DNA of 64,000 bases from NCBI GenBank assembly GCA_041600715.1, contig JBFIJM010000001.1:533425-597424 (forward strand), written 5' to 3'. The notes under the pieces were generated by a model. The model made no database searches and had not been told where the DNA came from. It saw nothing but the letters and a program-made list of their open reading frames with translations. Numbering within the stretch: the first letter of the stretch is position 1; the number at the start of each line of letters is the position of its first letter. Of the stretch, positions 7,705 through 18,087 are shown piece after piece. The position numbers and the translations under genes were made by a program. This DNA comes from Candidatus Saccharimonadales bacterium. GTDB lineage: Bacteria; Patescibacteriota; Saccharimonadia; Saccharimonadales; 2-12-FULL-41-12.

Positions 7705-8634
7705 ATGACTAGGATCAAGTCTCTAGGTGAACCAGTAATAGCTACTTATAGTCTTACTAAAATATATCCTGGGTCATCTATACCGGCGCTTGATAAACTA
7801 TCAATTAAAGTCCACGCCGGCGAGGCGTACGGTTTTATTGGCCCTAATGGTGCAGGTAAATCAACAGCCATAAGAATGTTAATGGACTTTATTGTACCTA
7901 GCAGTGGTTATGCTACGGTTAGAGGCAGAGAGATAGGAAAAGATAGTTTAAAAATACGTAGTTCTATTGGCTATTTATCTGGGGATTTAGCATTGTATCC
8001 CAAAATGAACGGGCTACAGTTCCTGTCTTATATGAATAGCCTGCTCTCAATACCAGTTAGTCAGAAAATTATCGATAATCTAGCAGTACGACTTAGGGCG
8101 AACCTTTCAAAACCTATAGATGAACTATCCCGTGGTAACCGGCAGAAGATAGGTATAATACAGGCTTTTATGCACGACCCTAACGTACTAATTCTAGATG
8201 AACCTACAAGTGGCCTTGATCCATTAGTGCAGGATACATTCTTAGAGCTAGTCGAAGAGGCAAAACAACGAAATGCCTGTGTTTTTATGAGTAGCCATGT
8301 TCTAAGTGAAGTGCAGAAAGTATGCGACCGTGTAGGAATAATAAAAGACGGAAAATTAATTAGCGAAAGTATAATTAGTGAACTCGCGGTAGAAGCATCA
8401 CAGACTATGGAAATTGTATTTGCTAAAAAAGTTCCTGTTATGGCATTACGGAAAGTGCCAGGTATAACTATCCAGTCGTATACAACTGACACGGCTGTTA
8501 TTCACACAAAGGGCAACCTGTCTCCGCTTTTTTCAGTCCTTGCTCGTTACAATGTGTCCAAAATAAACGCCAGAACTCTAGACTTAGAGGAGTCTTTTTT
8601 GCACTTTTATCAGAATGAGGAAACATCTTCATGA
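7705..8634 (+). CDS. ABC transporter ATP-binding protein
   Basis: Walker A GPNGAGKST, signature LSRGNRQKIGI, Walker B LILDEPTSGLD. Confidence 0.9.
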   Translation: MTRIKSLGEPVIATYSLTKIYPGSSIPALDKLSIKVHAGEAYGFIGPNGAGKSTAIRMLMDFIVPSSGYATVRGREIGKDSLKIRSSIGYLSGDLALYPKMNGLQFLSYMNSLLSIPVSQKIIDNLAVRLRANLSKPIDELSRGNRQKIGIIQAFMHDPNVLILDEPTSGLDPLVQDTFLELVEEAKQRNACVFMSSHVLSEVQKVCDRVGIIKDGKLISESIISELAVEASQTMEIVFAKKVPVMALRKVPGITIQSYTTDTAVIHTKGNLSPLFSVLARYNVSKINARTLDLEESFLHFYQNEETSS

Positions 8635-9425
8635 AGACAATAATTAAGTGGACAATATGGCAACGACGATGGAGCACAGTGTGGTGGTCTGTTGGTGTAT
8701 CTATGTTCGTCTTTATAAATATGATCTTTTACCCTAGCTTTAAGAATCAGGCTGAGGAACTCCAAAAAGGCTTCGAGAACTTGCCCGATGTAGCAGTACA
8801 ACTTTTTGGCGGTAGTACCGACTTCTTTTCGCCAGTTGGTTTCTTGAATAGCCAGATATTCTTCCTTATGCTCCCCCTACTATTAAGTATCTTGGCGATT
8901 TCTTTAGGTAGTAGTCTACTAGCTAAAGAAGAACAAGACAAAACAATTGACTTACTGCTGTCTCGCCCTATTAGTCGTTCAAGACTACTAGCTTCTAAGA
9001 TGTTATCAGGGATCATCATTTTAGGCATTGCAACGACGACTGGGCTTATAACTATCATAATTACGGCAAGAATTGTGGAATTAGAGGTAGGCCCGGCAAG
9101 AATTGCTATAGCTACACTGTTATGCTTCTTGTTAGCGCTAAGTTTGGGAGCAATTTCTTACGCCCTAACAGCCTCAGGCAGATCTAGAACTATCAGCCTT
9201 AGCGTAACTTCAGTAATTGCACTAGGAGGTTACTTAGTAAGCTCGCTGGCTGGAACAGTAAGTTGGCTAGCTACCCCCGCAAAGTTATTCCCCTTCAATT
9301 ATTATCAGCCAGAATCTTTGTTACTAGGTAGCTTCAGCTGGATGAACCTTTCTATATTAGCAAGCTCCATCGTTCTATTAGGCGCAGTATCTGTTTACGC
9401 ATTCAAGCGTAGAGACATTTACTAA
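8631..9425 (+). CDS. ABC-2 family transporter permease
   Basis: Six-TM permease with a 4 bp overlap with the ATPase gene, the typical ABC-2 arrangement. Confidence 0.7.
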   Translation: MKTIIKWTIWQRRWSTVWWSVGVSMFVFINMIFYPSFKNQAEELQKGFENLPDVAVQLFGGSTDFFSPVGFLNSQIFFLMLPLLLSILAISLGSSLLAKEEQDKTIDLLLSRPISRSRLLASKMLSGIIILGIATTTGLITIIITARIVELEVGPARIAIATLLCFLLALSLGAISYALTASGRSRTISLSVTSVIALGGYLVSSLAGTVSWLATPAKLFPFNYYQPESLLLGSFSWMNLSILASSIVLLGAVSVYAFKRRDIY

Positions 9426-9472
9426 AATAAAAGAATAGCCAGTACTTTCTTTATAAATGCTAAAATAGCTGT

Positions 9473-9949
9473 ATGAATTATCCAAAAGCAGACCATTCGC
9501 TTATAAAAAAAGCTCACGACTTTATTAAAAAACATCCTATGGGAGTGCTATCTACGGTAGCAAACGATAAACCATGGGGGGCTGCAATTTACTATGTGGC
9601 AGATGATGATTTTAATTTCTTTTTTGTTACACGCGCTAAGACAGAAAAATTTAAAAATATTGATCATAACCCTTTTGTGTCACTCACAATTGCTGACCCC
9701 GAAACACAAACTACTGTGCAAGCAAGTGGCGCTATCTCTAAAGTACCGAGCAAAGATATTATCGACATCGTTTTTAAGAAACTAGCTTCGATACGCCCTA
9801 AAGACGACATCAATTGGCTACCACCTGTCATAAAAGTTCATCAGGGTGACTGGATGATCTTAAAGCTAACTCCGAACTATGCCCAATTCGCTGAATACCA
9901 AGAACTAAAGTCAGATATTAACGATAGTTATATCAAGCAAATAGTCTGA
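9473..9949 (+). CDS. Pyridoxamine 5-prime-phosphate oxidase-like FMN-binding protein (general stress protein 26-like)
   Basis: The N-terminus GVLSTVANDKPWGAAIYYVADDDFNFFFVT matches a PNPOx-like split-barrel pattern. Confidence 0.55.
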   Translation: MNYPKADHSLIKKAHDFIKKHPMGVLSTVANDKPWGAAIYYVADDDFNFFFVTRAKTEKFKNIDHNPFVSLTIADPETQTTVQASGAISKVPSKDIIDIVFKKLASIRPKDDINWLPPVIKVHQGDWMILKLTPNYAQFAEYQELKSDINDSYIKQIV

Positions 9950-10115
9950 TCTACTCAACCTATTTAAAGATTGGTAGTAAATTATTTATGAAGTTTCGAT
10001 AAAATCTATGGTTGTATCGTTCATTTTGATGTCTTTTTGCCCAAACAACGCACTTACATACTTGAACCCCCACTTTATTTGATGCCTGCGTACAAATAAG
10101 CTAGTATTCATACAA

Positions 10116-10289
10116 CTACCACCTGTATTGGTTTTTATGCTTCATGCTCTGGACCTGATGTACTCTATGAAGCCGTCTCTCAAGCTCTACCCATGATCTA
10201 TAAGGTATATCTAATATTTCAGATCTTAATGACTGTTCCGCGTGTGTTTTACGTGCCTCATGCTTAGAAATTCGTTTATTTTTTAACAT
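10116..10289 (-). CDS. Small basic ORF (57 aa) with a strong SD, absent from the ORF track (under 60 aa)
   Basis: On the minus strand, GCTAATAAGGAGTTAGAT ATG has AAGGAG 7 nt upstream. It translates to MLKNKRISKHEARKTHAEQSLRSEILDIPYRSWVELERRLHRVHQVQSMKHKNQYRW. It lies in an otherwise empty 490 bp intergenic region. Confidence 0.3.
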   Translation of the reverse strand: MLKNKRISKHEARKTHAEQSLRSEILDIPYRSWVELERRLHRVHQVQSMKHKNQYRW

Positions 10290-10364
10290 ATCTAACTCCT
10301 TATTAGCACTTATAAGTATCGGCTATGAGCGTCAATAATAAATTGAGTAGTAACACATATACAT

Positions 10365-10379
10365 TGTGATACTGGTCAC
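10365..10379. promoter_or_regulatory. CRP/FNR-type palindrome TGTGA-N6-TCAC upstream of the Crp/Fnr regulator gene
   Basis: TGTGATACTGGTCAC lies 58 bp upstream of the ATG at 10437, suggesting likely autoregulation. Confidence 0.45.
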
Positions 10380-10436
10380 TTACGTTGCTACCCTTCATTT
10401 AAGGATATATAGTTTACTTTGAAAGCTAGGTGACAT

Positions 10437-11090
10437 ATGAATGCTGTAGTATCCAAAAAGATAGAAGAGTTTTTTAGTAGATACAAATCTCGTAACTACC
10501 ATCATGGCCACATATTAATTCTCCACGGAGATTTACCGGAGTATATTTTTTATTTAATTAATGGAAGAGTAAAACAAACAGATACTACATATCGTGGAGA
10601 TGAGATTATCCTCAATACATTTAAACCTCGTGCGTTTTTCCCCATGTCTCTTGCTATTAATAAAGGAGCTAATCCGTACACCTACGAGGCAGAGACAGGT
10701 ATTGAAGTTAGGCAAGCTCCTACAAACGATGTTTTGGACTTTTTGAAGCAAAATCCTGATGTTACTTTGGATCTTCTTTCACGAGTATACATAGGAACAG
10801 ATCAACTTCTCGGTCGAATTACTCAACTAATGTCAGGTAGTGCTAAAAGCAGATTAATATATGAGCTCCTACTTGAAGCAAGACGATTTGGAGAGATAGA
10901 CCGTACAGGCATAGGCTCGTCTCTTAAAATACGAGAGAAAGATCTAGGAGCTCATGCAGGATTATCTCGAGAAACGGTTAGCAGAGAAGTTGCAAAGCTG
11001 AAAGCCGAAGGTCTTATTTCTGTAAAAAGAGGCGGTATACATATTACTAATGTAAGTATACTGGAACAAAAACTCGGACAAGATTTTTAG
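10437..11090 (+). CDS. Crp/Fnr family transcriptional regulator
   Basis: N-terminal cNMP-binding beta-barrel pattern and C-terminal HTH (GLSRETVSREVAKLKAEGLIS). Confidence 0.8.
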   Translation: MNAVVSKKIEEFFSRYKSRNYHHGHILILHGDLPEYIFYLINGRVKQTDTTYRGDEIILNTFKPRAFFPMSLAINKGANPYTYEAETGIEVRQAPTNDVLDFLKQNPDVTLDLLSRVYIGTDQLLGRITQLMSGSAKSRLIYELLLEARRFGEIDRTGIGSSLKIREKDLGAHAGLSRETVSREVAKLKAEGLISVKRGGIHITNVSILEQKLGQDF

Positions 11091-11214
11091 CTTTTATTTA
11101 CCTGTCACTCACTAAAAACAATTTAGTAGTTATGTGATATTAATCACCGACCACTTGTGAGATATATCATGCGAAAATTATAAATATCGAGGTAATTTAT
11201 TAATATGGGGGAAG

Positions 11215-11583
11215 ATGATGATACAGATTACAAGAGAAGGCAGGTATGAGCTAATCGAGACTAAAAAAAATATTAAAATACTAAAATTAGATGACAGCCA
11301 GGTTTTTGCATGGCCTGAGACAAAAGCGTATGGCGAAATGCTTGTTACATCGCATAATCCTCATAGAGCTGACGCTATTTTAAGCTCAGGAAGGTATAAA
11401 TTATATAAAGTTAAGGAGGAATCATCCCTAACAGATCTTGAGCATCTAGAGCTCGAGACAGGCGAAAATCAGTGGCAAGGATACTTGCTTTTAACTGGCT
11501 TGCCCACTGATAAAAAGATTAGATCGCGTATCATTCCTACCAAACAAGTGATCACAAATAAACACCGTGTGGCAAGTCTGTAA
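11215..11583 (+). CDS. Hypothetical protein (122 aa)
   Basis: ORF only; no recognisable motif. Confidence 0.4.
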   Translation: MMIQITREGRYELIETKKNIKILKLDDSQVFAWPETKAYGEMLVTSHNPHRADAILSSGRYKLYKVKEESSLTDLEHLELETGENQWQGYLLLTGLPTDKKIRSRIIPTKQVITNKHRVASL

Positions 11584-11705
11584 TTAGGCTGGTAGGTGTT
11601 AGAGGAGTATACTTAGTGTATAGATGCATTAAACATGGAGTAGGGTATGTCAAAAGATAGAGGTAGAAAAGAAACCAAAAAACCGAAGAAAGCGAAAGAA
11701 TAGTT

Positions 11706-11951
11706 ATGGCTGTAAAGAAAAGATCAAGTTTCTTCCTGAGCGAAGAAGCAATTGAAATCAAAAAAACACTTACACAAATGACTACCAGTAATAGCTATAA
11801 GACCTCGTCAACCTATAGCGCCAATAGCGAGCAGTACCCAGACAATCTTATTCCTTTCGTGGACAAGCATATGAATTATCTTAGTACCCACCCCTCAACG
11901 AACCCCCGTCATTACATTGCTAATCTGCAGTTAATGACCCGAATAGGCTAG
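11706..11951 (+). CDS. Hypothetical small protein (81 aa)
   Basis: ORF only; Ser/Thr-rich, low complexity. Confidence 0.25.
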   Translation: MAVKKRSSFFLSEEAIEIKKTLTQMTTSNSYKTSSTYSANSEQYPDNLIPFVDKHMNYLSTHPSTNPRHYIANLQLMTRIG

Positions 11952-12023
11952 AAGTAGCTCTAGATAGTGCAGTTTGCTACTATATGTACATGAACAGTAG
12001 TCGAGCGCGGTAGTGTACGCTAG

Positions 12024-13373
12024 TTGATGATAGAACTAATTCTTATATTTATTTCTCTACTTATGGTCGGCGCATGCGGGATATTCGTTGCTTCCGAGTT
12101 CTCTCTTATTGCCGTAAATCGCAATACAGTTGATGAGCTCGTAAAAAAGGGAGATCGTCGAGCATTAGGTGTTTCTAAAGCACTAAAAACCTTGTCTACG
12201 CAACTATCTGGCGCTCAAGTTGGGATAACTATAACAAATCTTATTATCGGGTTCTTGGCAGAACCTGCTATCGCCTCTTTGATACGACCTGGACTAATAA
12301 GTAGCGGGGTCCCCCACTATATAATTTCTCCGCTTGCCCTAGGACTTGGCATAGCTATAGCGACCATTTTTACTATGCTTTTTGGTGAGTTAATTCCTAA
12401 AAACTTCGCAATATCAAAGCCACTTGCAACGGCAAAGTTTATACAAAAACCACAACTGCTATTTAGTAGTGTCATGCGAGGCCCAATTCACATACTTAAC
12501 GGTAGTGCAAATTTTGCCCTAAGAAGATTTGGCATCTCTCCAAAGGAAGAATTAGCCTCTGCAAGAACAGCTGATGAACTTCTATCTCTAGTAAAACGTT
12601 CTGCAGAGAAAGGCACATTACCCAAGGAAACTGCTCGAATGGTAGAGCGATCTCTTAATTTTGGGGAGTTAACAGCCCTCGATGCGATGACACCTCGCGT
12701 GCAAGTTGATTTTATTCAAGTTACTACAACCATCAGCGAGGTTTTAGTGCTAGCAAAAGAAACCGGTCATTCGAGATTCCCTGTCATTGGAGAAACGTCA
12801 GATGATATTAAGGGCATTGTGCATATAAAACAAGCTGTTGGTGTCCCAAGACATAAGCGGGCCCAAGTTACCGCTGACCAAATAATGAAGCCACCTGTAC
12901 TAATCCCGTCCAGTATCTTGCTCGAGTCCCTTCTAGAAGCTCTAAAGGGCAACGGAATGCATATGGCAATAGTCATAGATGAATTCGGCGGTGTCGATGG
13001 AGTGGTAACTATCGAAGACTTAATGGAGGAGTTAGTTGGTGAAGTTCATGACGAACACGACACCTCATCGCATTCAATCAAGGTCATCAGTAAAAATGCA
13101 TGGTCCGTCTCTGGGCTACTACGACCTGATGAAATAGGCGAAGATTTGGGAATATTTTTACCTGACGAAGAAGAATTCGAAACTGTGGCAGGGCTAGCTT
13201 CGCACTTACTAGAGCATGTGCCAGAACGAGGAGATGTAACCTACTCAAAAGCCGTCGATCGAAGTGGCAGGAGTCTGAATATTGAACTCAAAATTGAACG
13301 AATGGATGGTCACAGAGTAGACCGTATAAGGCTCAAGATTATGCCTGGCAAAGATACAGGAGATGGATCATGA
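12024..13373 (+). CDS. HlyC/CorC (CNNM) family transporter: DUF21 membrane domain, CBS pair and CorC_HlyC C-terminal domain
   Basis: N-terminal four-TM DUF21, central CBS pair, C-terminal transporter-associated domain (VDRSGRSLNIELKIERMDGHRVDRIRLKI). The ATG at 12027 is probably the true start. Confidence 0.8.
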   Translation: MMIELILIFISLLMVGACGIFVASEFSLIAVNRNTVDELVKKGDRRALGVSKALKTLSTQLSGAQVGITITNLIIGFLAEPAIASLIRPGLISSGVPHYIISPLALGLGIAIATIFTMLFGELIPKNFAISKPLATAKFIQKPQLLFSSVMRGPIHILNGSANFALRRFGISPKEELASARTADELLSLVKRSAEKGTLPKETARMVERSLNFGELTALDAMTPRVQVDFIQVTTTISEVLVLAKETGHSRFPVIGETSDDIKGIVHIKQAVGVPRHKRAQVTADQIMKPPVLIPSSILLESLLEALKGNGMHMAIVIDEFGGVDGVVTIEDLMEELVGEVHDEHDTSSHSIKVISKNAWSVSGLLRPDEIGEDLGIFLPDEEEFETVAGLASHLLEHVPERGDVTYSKAVDRSGRSLNIELKIERMDGHRVDRIRLKIMPGKDTGDGS

Positions 13374-14413
13374 GCTTTGAGTTAGGTCTTGTTATCTCGA
13401 TACTGATGTTACTAGGAAACGCGTTTTTCGTAGGCGCAGAATTCGCTATTATCTCGGCTCGTAGAAGCAATATAGAACTATTCGCCCTAGAAGGATCACG
13501 CTCAGCAAGGATTACGCTGTCGGCAATGGAGCAAGTTTCCACAATGTTAGCCGGTGCCCAACTGGGGATTACAGTGTGTACGCTTGTTTTTGGTGCTGTC
13601 GGAGAACCGCTAGTCGCCCATCTATTAGAAGGCCATCTCCACACATTAGGGGTTTCTGATGTCTTTCTTCATCCCATCTCACTAACAGTGGCCCTAACCC
13701 TTATGGTCTATCTTCACGTAGTTATAGGAGAAATGATCCCAAAGAATATCTCACTAACTAGTCCTACAAAATCAGCACTGATACTTGCCCCACCTCTTGT
13801 CTTCTTCGTCAAAATAACAAGGCCGATCGTATATGCTCTAAACGCAGTTGCAAATGCATGCTTGCGGTTGATAGGGATAGCTCCTAACGAAGAAGTTACC
13901 AGCAGTTTTAGTCGAGATGAGGTAGCGGGCTTTGTAAAAGAATCCCACCGTGAAGGATTCTTGAGTGAGGACGAAGAACAACTATTATCAGGTGCTCTTG
14001 AGTTCGATGCGCGTAGTATCAAATCGGTTATCATGCCAATTAAAAACGTAGTCTGCGCCGATCTTGGCGCGTCTGCCCAAGATATTGAATCACTAGCCTC
14101 AAGAGCAGGTTTTTCGCGGTATCCAGTAGTTGATAAAGCTGGTGACCTTAAAGGTTATGTCCACATAAAAGATGTTATTAATGTTAGCGACGCCGACTGT
14201 AACAAACCTCTGTCAAAAAAATACATCCGTCCACTTGTAGAAGTAGCTCCTGATACATCGCTTCGACGTAGCTTATACATTATGCAACAATCCGAGACTC
14301 ATCTAGCAAAGGTTGTGGACTCAAATAAAACAACTGTTGGAATTATAGCCTTAGAAGATGTACTTGAAGAACTAGTAGGCGAAATAAGAGATGAAGGCAT
14401 AAAGTTTATGTAA
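13370..14413 (+). CDS. DUF21/CBS domain protein (CNNM-type), a tandem paralog lacking the CorC C-terminal domain
   Basis: Same DUF21 N-terminus (GAEFAIISARRS) and a CBS pair. It overlaps the upstream paralog by 4 bp. Confidence 0.75.
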   Translation: MSFELGLVISILMLLGNAFFVGAEFAIISARRSNIELFALEGSRSARITLSAMEQVSTMLAGAQLGITVCTLVFGAVGEPLVAHLLEGHLHTLGVSDVFLHPISLTVALTLMVYLHVVIGEMIPKNISLTSPTKSALILAPPLVFFVKITRPIVYALNAVANACLRLIGIAPNEEVTSSFSRDEVAGFVKESHREGFLSEDEEQLLSGALEFDARSIKSVIMPIKNVVCADLGASAQDIESLASRAGFSRYPVVDKAGDLKGYVHIKDVINVSDADCNKPLSKKYIRPLVEVAPDTSLRRSLYIMQQSETHLAKVVDSNKTTVGIIALEDVLEELVGEIRDEGIKFM

Positions 14414-14458
14414 AATACTTCACTGCAACCTCAGTAAATTTAATCATAATTAGCCTAC

Positions 14459-15010
14459 ATGCCAAATAAAAATCTATCGCTATTAAAAACCTGGGAAGGC
14501 GTAATCGCAATTGGTCTTTGCGTAATCGCACTGATTAGTTTTTCATACATCGGATTTACTCATTTTGCCAACAACAATGCAAGCTTCGCTCAAACGATAG
14601 AAGATAAACAGAATGACCCTAATGACGTCTCTGTTGTACCAGCCACAAACATACCTGAGACGACCCCTAGATCAATTGTTAGTCTTAACGAAGGACTTGC
14701 AATCAATACGCCTCCTCCTCAAGCACCACAGCCAGAGGTAGATGCAACGCCGAACAGCACTACTAAAAAAACTTGCGATAAACGTAGTATGGATCATTTA
14801 AAGCAACAGAAAAATAATAAAATAAGAGAGTCTGAAGTTACTAAGTATAGGATGCAGTCGTACTCCAATATCTACCATGGGAGTAATGGCTTCAAGAATA
14901 AGAAGGAACGTGATTCTCAGATACAACAATATGAACAAGACCATAAAGAACGTACAGAGCTTTACGAATCAGAATACCGAGCAAATATAGAGTCTATTGG
15001 TTGTTCTTAA
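14459..15010 (+). CDS. Hypothetical membrane-anchored protein
   Basis: Single N-terminal TM helix, Pro-rich linker, and a charged C-terminal region. Confidence 0.4.
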   Translation: MPNKNLSLLKTWEGVIAIGLCVIALISFSYIGFTHFANNNASFAQTIEDKQNDPNDVSVVPATNIPETTPRSIVSLNEGLAINTPPPQAPQPEVDATPNSTTKKTCDKRSMDHLKQQKNNKIRESEVTKYRMQSYSNIYHGSNGFKNKKERDSQIQQYEQDHKERTELYESEYRANIESIGCS

Positions 15011-15037
15011 TTTGGACTATTCTAGATAACTTACCTA

Positions 15038-15412
15038 CTAGACAGGTTCTTTATGCTTAATAGTAAGTAATCTTGCGATAAGCCCGCCTACTAGAAGATA
15101 GATGAAGATAGCGAATATTGTTTCCAGCTCGAATCTAGACTGACCGTATTGTGGCTCGTAGCTGAACAGCCCGAAGAATGGTGCCGCGAAAGGATAACTT
15201 AGTGTGTATATCAAATCAGCGAAAGCATTCTCCCTGTTAGCGCCAAGCAAAGATAGTAATACCCTAAAGGCTAATAATGTCGCTATTATCGACGTGATTA
15301 TATAGACAATCCGTGCTACAACTGTGCTCTCTGGCACCTGACTATCATCGCGCACCTCGGTATTATCATTTGATGTTTCTACTGTACGTGTTTCTCTTGT
15401 AATTTCTGACAT
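15038..15412 (-). CDS. Hypothetical small membrane protein
   Basis: Two predicted TM helices. It is the first gene of a long minus-strand run. Confidence 0.4.
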   Translation of the reverse strand: MSEITRETRTVETSNDNTEVRDDSQVPESTVVARIVYIITSIIATLLAFRVLLSLLGANRENAFADLIYTLSYPFAAPFFGLFSYEPQYGQSRFELETIFAIFIYLLVGGLIARLLTIKHKEPV

Positions 15413-15481
15413 AACTGTGGCCTCCTACTAAAATGATACGAACTATAAATCAGTAGAGCTGTTAAATAATTAACTGAGCTT

Positions 15482-16696
15482 TTAGTTGAGGTGATGTTTT
15501 CGGGACGCGAATTTAAGTACTGCAAGGCCTGCAGTAGCCGTGAGAATAGATGCTATGAAAATGGCAACTTTTGATGCATTAATATATGTCTCGTTATCAC
15601 TGAAAGCTAGCGTTGTTATAAAGATAGAAACCGTAAAGCCGATTCCTGCCAGTAACCCTAAGCCGAATATATGCAACCAGCTAAGCCCTTTTGGCAACTG
15701 AGCAAATCCTAATTTCACTACTAGCCAAGAAGCTCCAAGCACTCCTAATGACTTACCCAGGACAAGACCGAATATAATGCCTAACATTATTGGTAGCACG
15801 CCAGGCTCGTCAATTGAATCAAGCGTTAACACTACTCCGGCATTAGCAAAGACGAAGATAGGGATTACGAAGAAGGTAGAGAAAGGAAGCAAACCTTTTT
15901 CTAGTCGTTCTGCCATATAGTCTCTCCGTGAAGACAGAGCAATTGGAGCCATAATTCCAGAGATTGCTCCCGCAATACTAGCATGTATACCAGTGCTTTT
16001 AATCGCCAGCCAGAGTAGTAAGGCTATAATGATATATAACGTTGCACTATTAGGCCTGAACTTACTTGCAAGGTAGGTCAGTAGTAATACAAATACTGCA
16101 ACAAGCAACGGTCCAAAATTTATAGCAGATGAGTAAAATACGCCAATGACGAATATCGCTAACATGTCGTCGACTATTGCAAGAGTAAGTAAGAATATTT
16201 TTACAAAAGGCGGTACCCGTGTACCTAGTAATGCCAAAACTCCAACAGCAAAGGCAATATCAGTTGCGATTGGTATCCCCCAGCCACCTATTGTTGGGCT
16301 TCCATAATTAAATAATCCATATATTGTAGCTGGAAGAAGCATCCCGCCCAGAGCCGCGGTGATTGGTAATATTGCTTGGCTACGATTTTTTAGCTCGCCT
16401 TTAGTAAACTCTCGTTTTATCTCTATCCCAACCACAAAAAAGAACACAGCCATAAGCCCATCATTCACCCAGTAACGTAGCGAGTCGGTCATTGCACCAC
16501 TTCCAAACCCAATCGTAAATGTAGTTTGCCAGAATGCGTTATACAGATTTGCCAGTGGTGAATTAGCTACAATCACAGCTAAGAGTGCGAATAGTACTAT
16601 CAGCCTTCCACTCGCTGCTTCGTCCTTATAGAACAAGTTGAATAGTGGCGTTAACCTAGCTGGAATAATTTTTTTAAGAATTTTTGGTTTGGTCAT
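15482..16696 (-). CDS. nhaA: Na+/H+ antiporter NhaA
   Basis: About 400 aa polytopic protein with FFFVVGIEIKREF, matching the NhaA signature region. Confidence 0.8.
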   Translation of the reverse strand: MTKPKILKKIIPARLTPLFNLFYKDEAASGRLIVLFALLAVIVANSPLANLYNAFWQTTFTIGFGSGAMTDSLRYWVNDGLMAVFFFVVGIEIKREFTKGELKNRSQAILPITAALGGMLLPATIYGLFNYGSPTIGGWGIPIATDIAFAVGVLALLGTRVPPFVKIFLLTLAIVDDMLAIFVIGVFYSSAINFGPLLVAVFVLLLTYLASKFRPNSATLYIIIALLLWLAIKSTGIHASIAGAISGIMAPIALSSRRDYMAERLEKGLLPFSTFFVIPIFVFANAGVVLTLDSIDEPGVLPIMLGIIFGLVLGKSLGVLGASWLVVKLGFAQLPKGLSWLHIFGLGLLAGIGFTVSIFITTLAFSDNETYINASKVAIFIASILTATAGLAVLKFASRKHHLN

Positions 16697-16756
16697 CTTG
16701 TAACTAGCATACCACCATGATTAATTCATAATAAACTACTACAGATATAAATACGT

Positions 16757-18064
16757 CTAATCTTCTACAGTTACTGGGATTGCATGTCTTTTGTGAAGCG
16801 AGCTGACTACTAGCTTTCCAATCTCTTCATGAGTTCTCATAAGTAGTCGTTTAACAATCGTTAAACTCGCAACAAATTTTTGGATAATTTCATGCATCCC
16901 ATCTTCAGCATAAAGCTCATCGCGAAGATCTGAGAACTCATGTGAGGTTAGGATGTCTTTTTCTATCCAAATAGTGGCTATTTTTTTAATATCTGCTTCG
17001 TCGTATGGTATCCACATCAGTTCAAGAACACCACAAAATTCTTTTATTAATTCGGCTTCAAGTTTTGTTTTTTCTTGTATTGTGCCGAGTAATTCAGATT
17101 CTTCGATCTGCTTAGTTAGTTCATGAATTTTCACTACTTTTTCATGGAATACTTCTGACTGAGCTTCATCGGCATCTAATTCTTCCATACTAATTATAAA
17201 TTTTTCAAAACTTGAAAGAGTCTCCACTGCTCGTTTTACTTCTAACGGGTTTTCATTTGGCTCAACTTCGATTGGTTCATTAACCTCAGGGTAATATGAT
17301 AAAGATACTGGGAGTTCCTCACTTCTCTCATCGATAGAAATTGAGGGTTCTTGAGCCTCGGTAGAACCTTCCAAAATAACAGTTTCAGGTAGTTCGCTGT
17401 TGCCTTGATGCTCAGCGACAGGGCTCTCTTCTGTGGCGTGGTCTATGTATGCTCGGTCTATGTTCTCTTGCGGTACTTCGGTCTGCTCAACTACTGTCAA
17501 CATTTCTGTATGTATTTCTAACTCTGAATGAACTCTGTCCTCAGGTTCACTTTTGGTATCCTCTGATAGATTATTTTCTGGGGTAATTGCTATTTTTTCG
17601 TCTCCATAATTAGCCTCATCTACGATGACCGTCGGTTCAGAAGGTAAGATAATATTTTTTATCGGCTCATCTGGCCTTACTTCGGCATGTTGAGACTCAG
17701 CCATAGGGATAATATCTTTCTTATCCTCAATGTCTAAACTTTGAGATTGATCGTATGTTGAATCTTCCTGTTCGGTTGCTTCAGCCTGAGCTATCTCTTG
17801 ACCCTTAATGGTAGCGGTTGATTCTTGGTCAACAGTAGACTTAATAAAATTTATTTCGTCATTATCCTCGAAAACTACCTTAATAGCTTTTGCTTCTTTG
17901 ACTATATCTAAAGATGGGTGGTCAGAATTTTGAGTATCTACGTTTTGCTCATTAATTGAGCTCTTTTCTACATGCACTTCGGGTTCATCTTGTCTCATTG
18001 TTATCTTTTTTTCCTCTCTGTTTATTGCACCAGAAGATTCTGTGGCTGGTTTTTCTTCTGCCAC
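16757..18064 (-). CDS. Hypothetical highly acidic protein (435 aa)
   Basis: Glu/Asp-rich low-complexity N-terminal 300 aa, with a more structured C-terminal 130 aa. No TM helix. Confidence 0.45.
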   Translation of the reverse strand: MAEEKPATESSGAINREEKKITMRQDEPEVHVEKSSINEQNVDTQNSDHPSLDIVKEAKAIKVVFEDNDEINFIKSTVDQESTATIKGQEIAQAEATEQEDSTYDQSQSLDIEDKKDIIPMAESQHAEVRPDEPIKNIILPSEPTVIVDEANYGDEKIAITPENNLSEDTKSEPEDRVHSELEIHTEMLTVVEQTEVPQENIDRAYIDHATEESPVAEHQGNSELPETVILEGSTEAQEPSISIDERSEELPVSLSYYPEVNEPIEVEPNENPLEVKRAVETLSSFEKFIISMEELDADEAQSEVFHEKVVKIHELTKQIEESELLGTIQEKTKLEAELIKEFCGVLELMWIPYDEADIKKIATIWIEKDILTSHEFSDLRDELYAEDGMHEIIQKFVASLTIVKRLLMRTHEEIGKLVVSSLHKRHAIPVTVED

Positions 18065-18087
18065 TACTTCGGTTGCATTATCTGTCT

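Noticed and set aside
11647-11703. Tiny ORF MSKDRGRKETKKPKKAKE upstream of the 81 aa ORF
   Set aside because: At 18 codons it is too short to support. It is highly basic and low complexity, with no clear SD.
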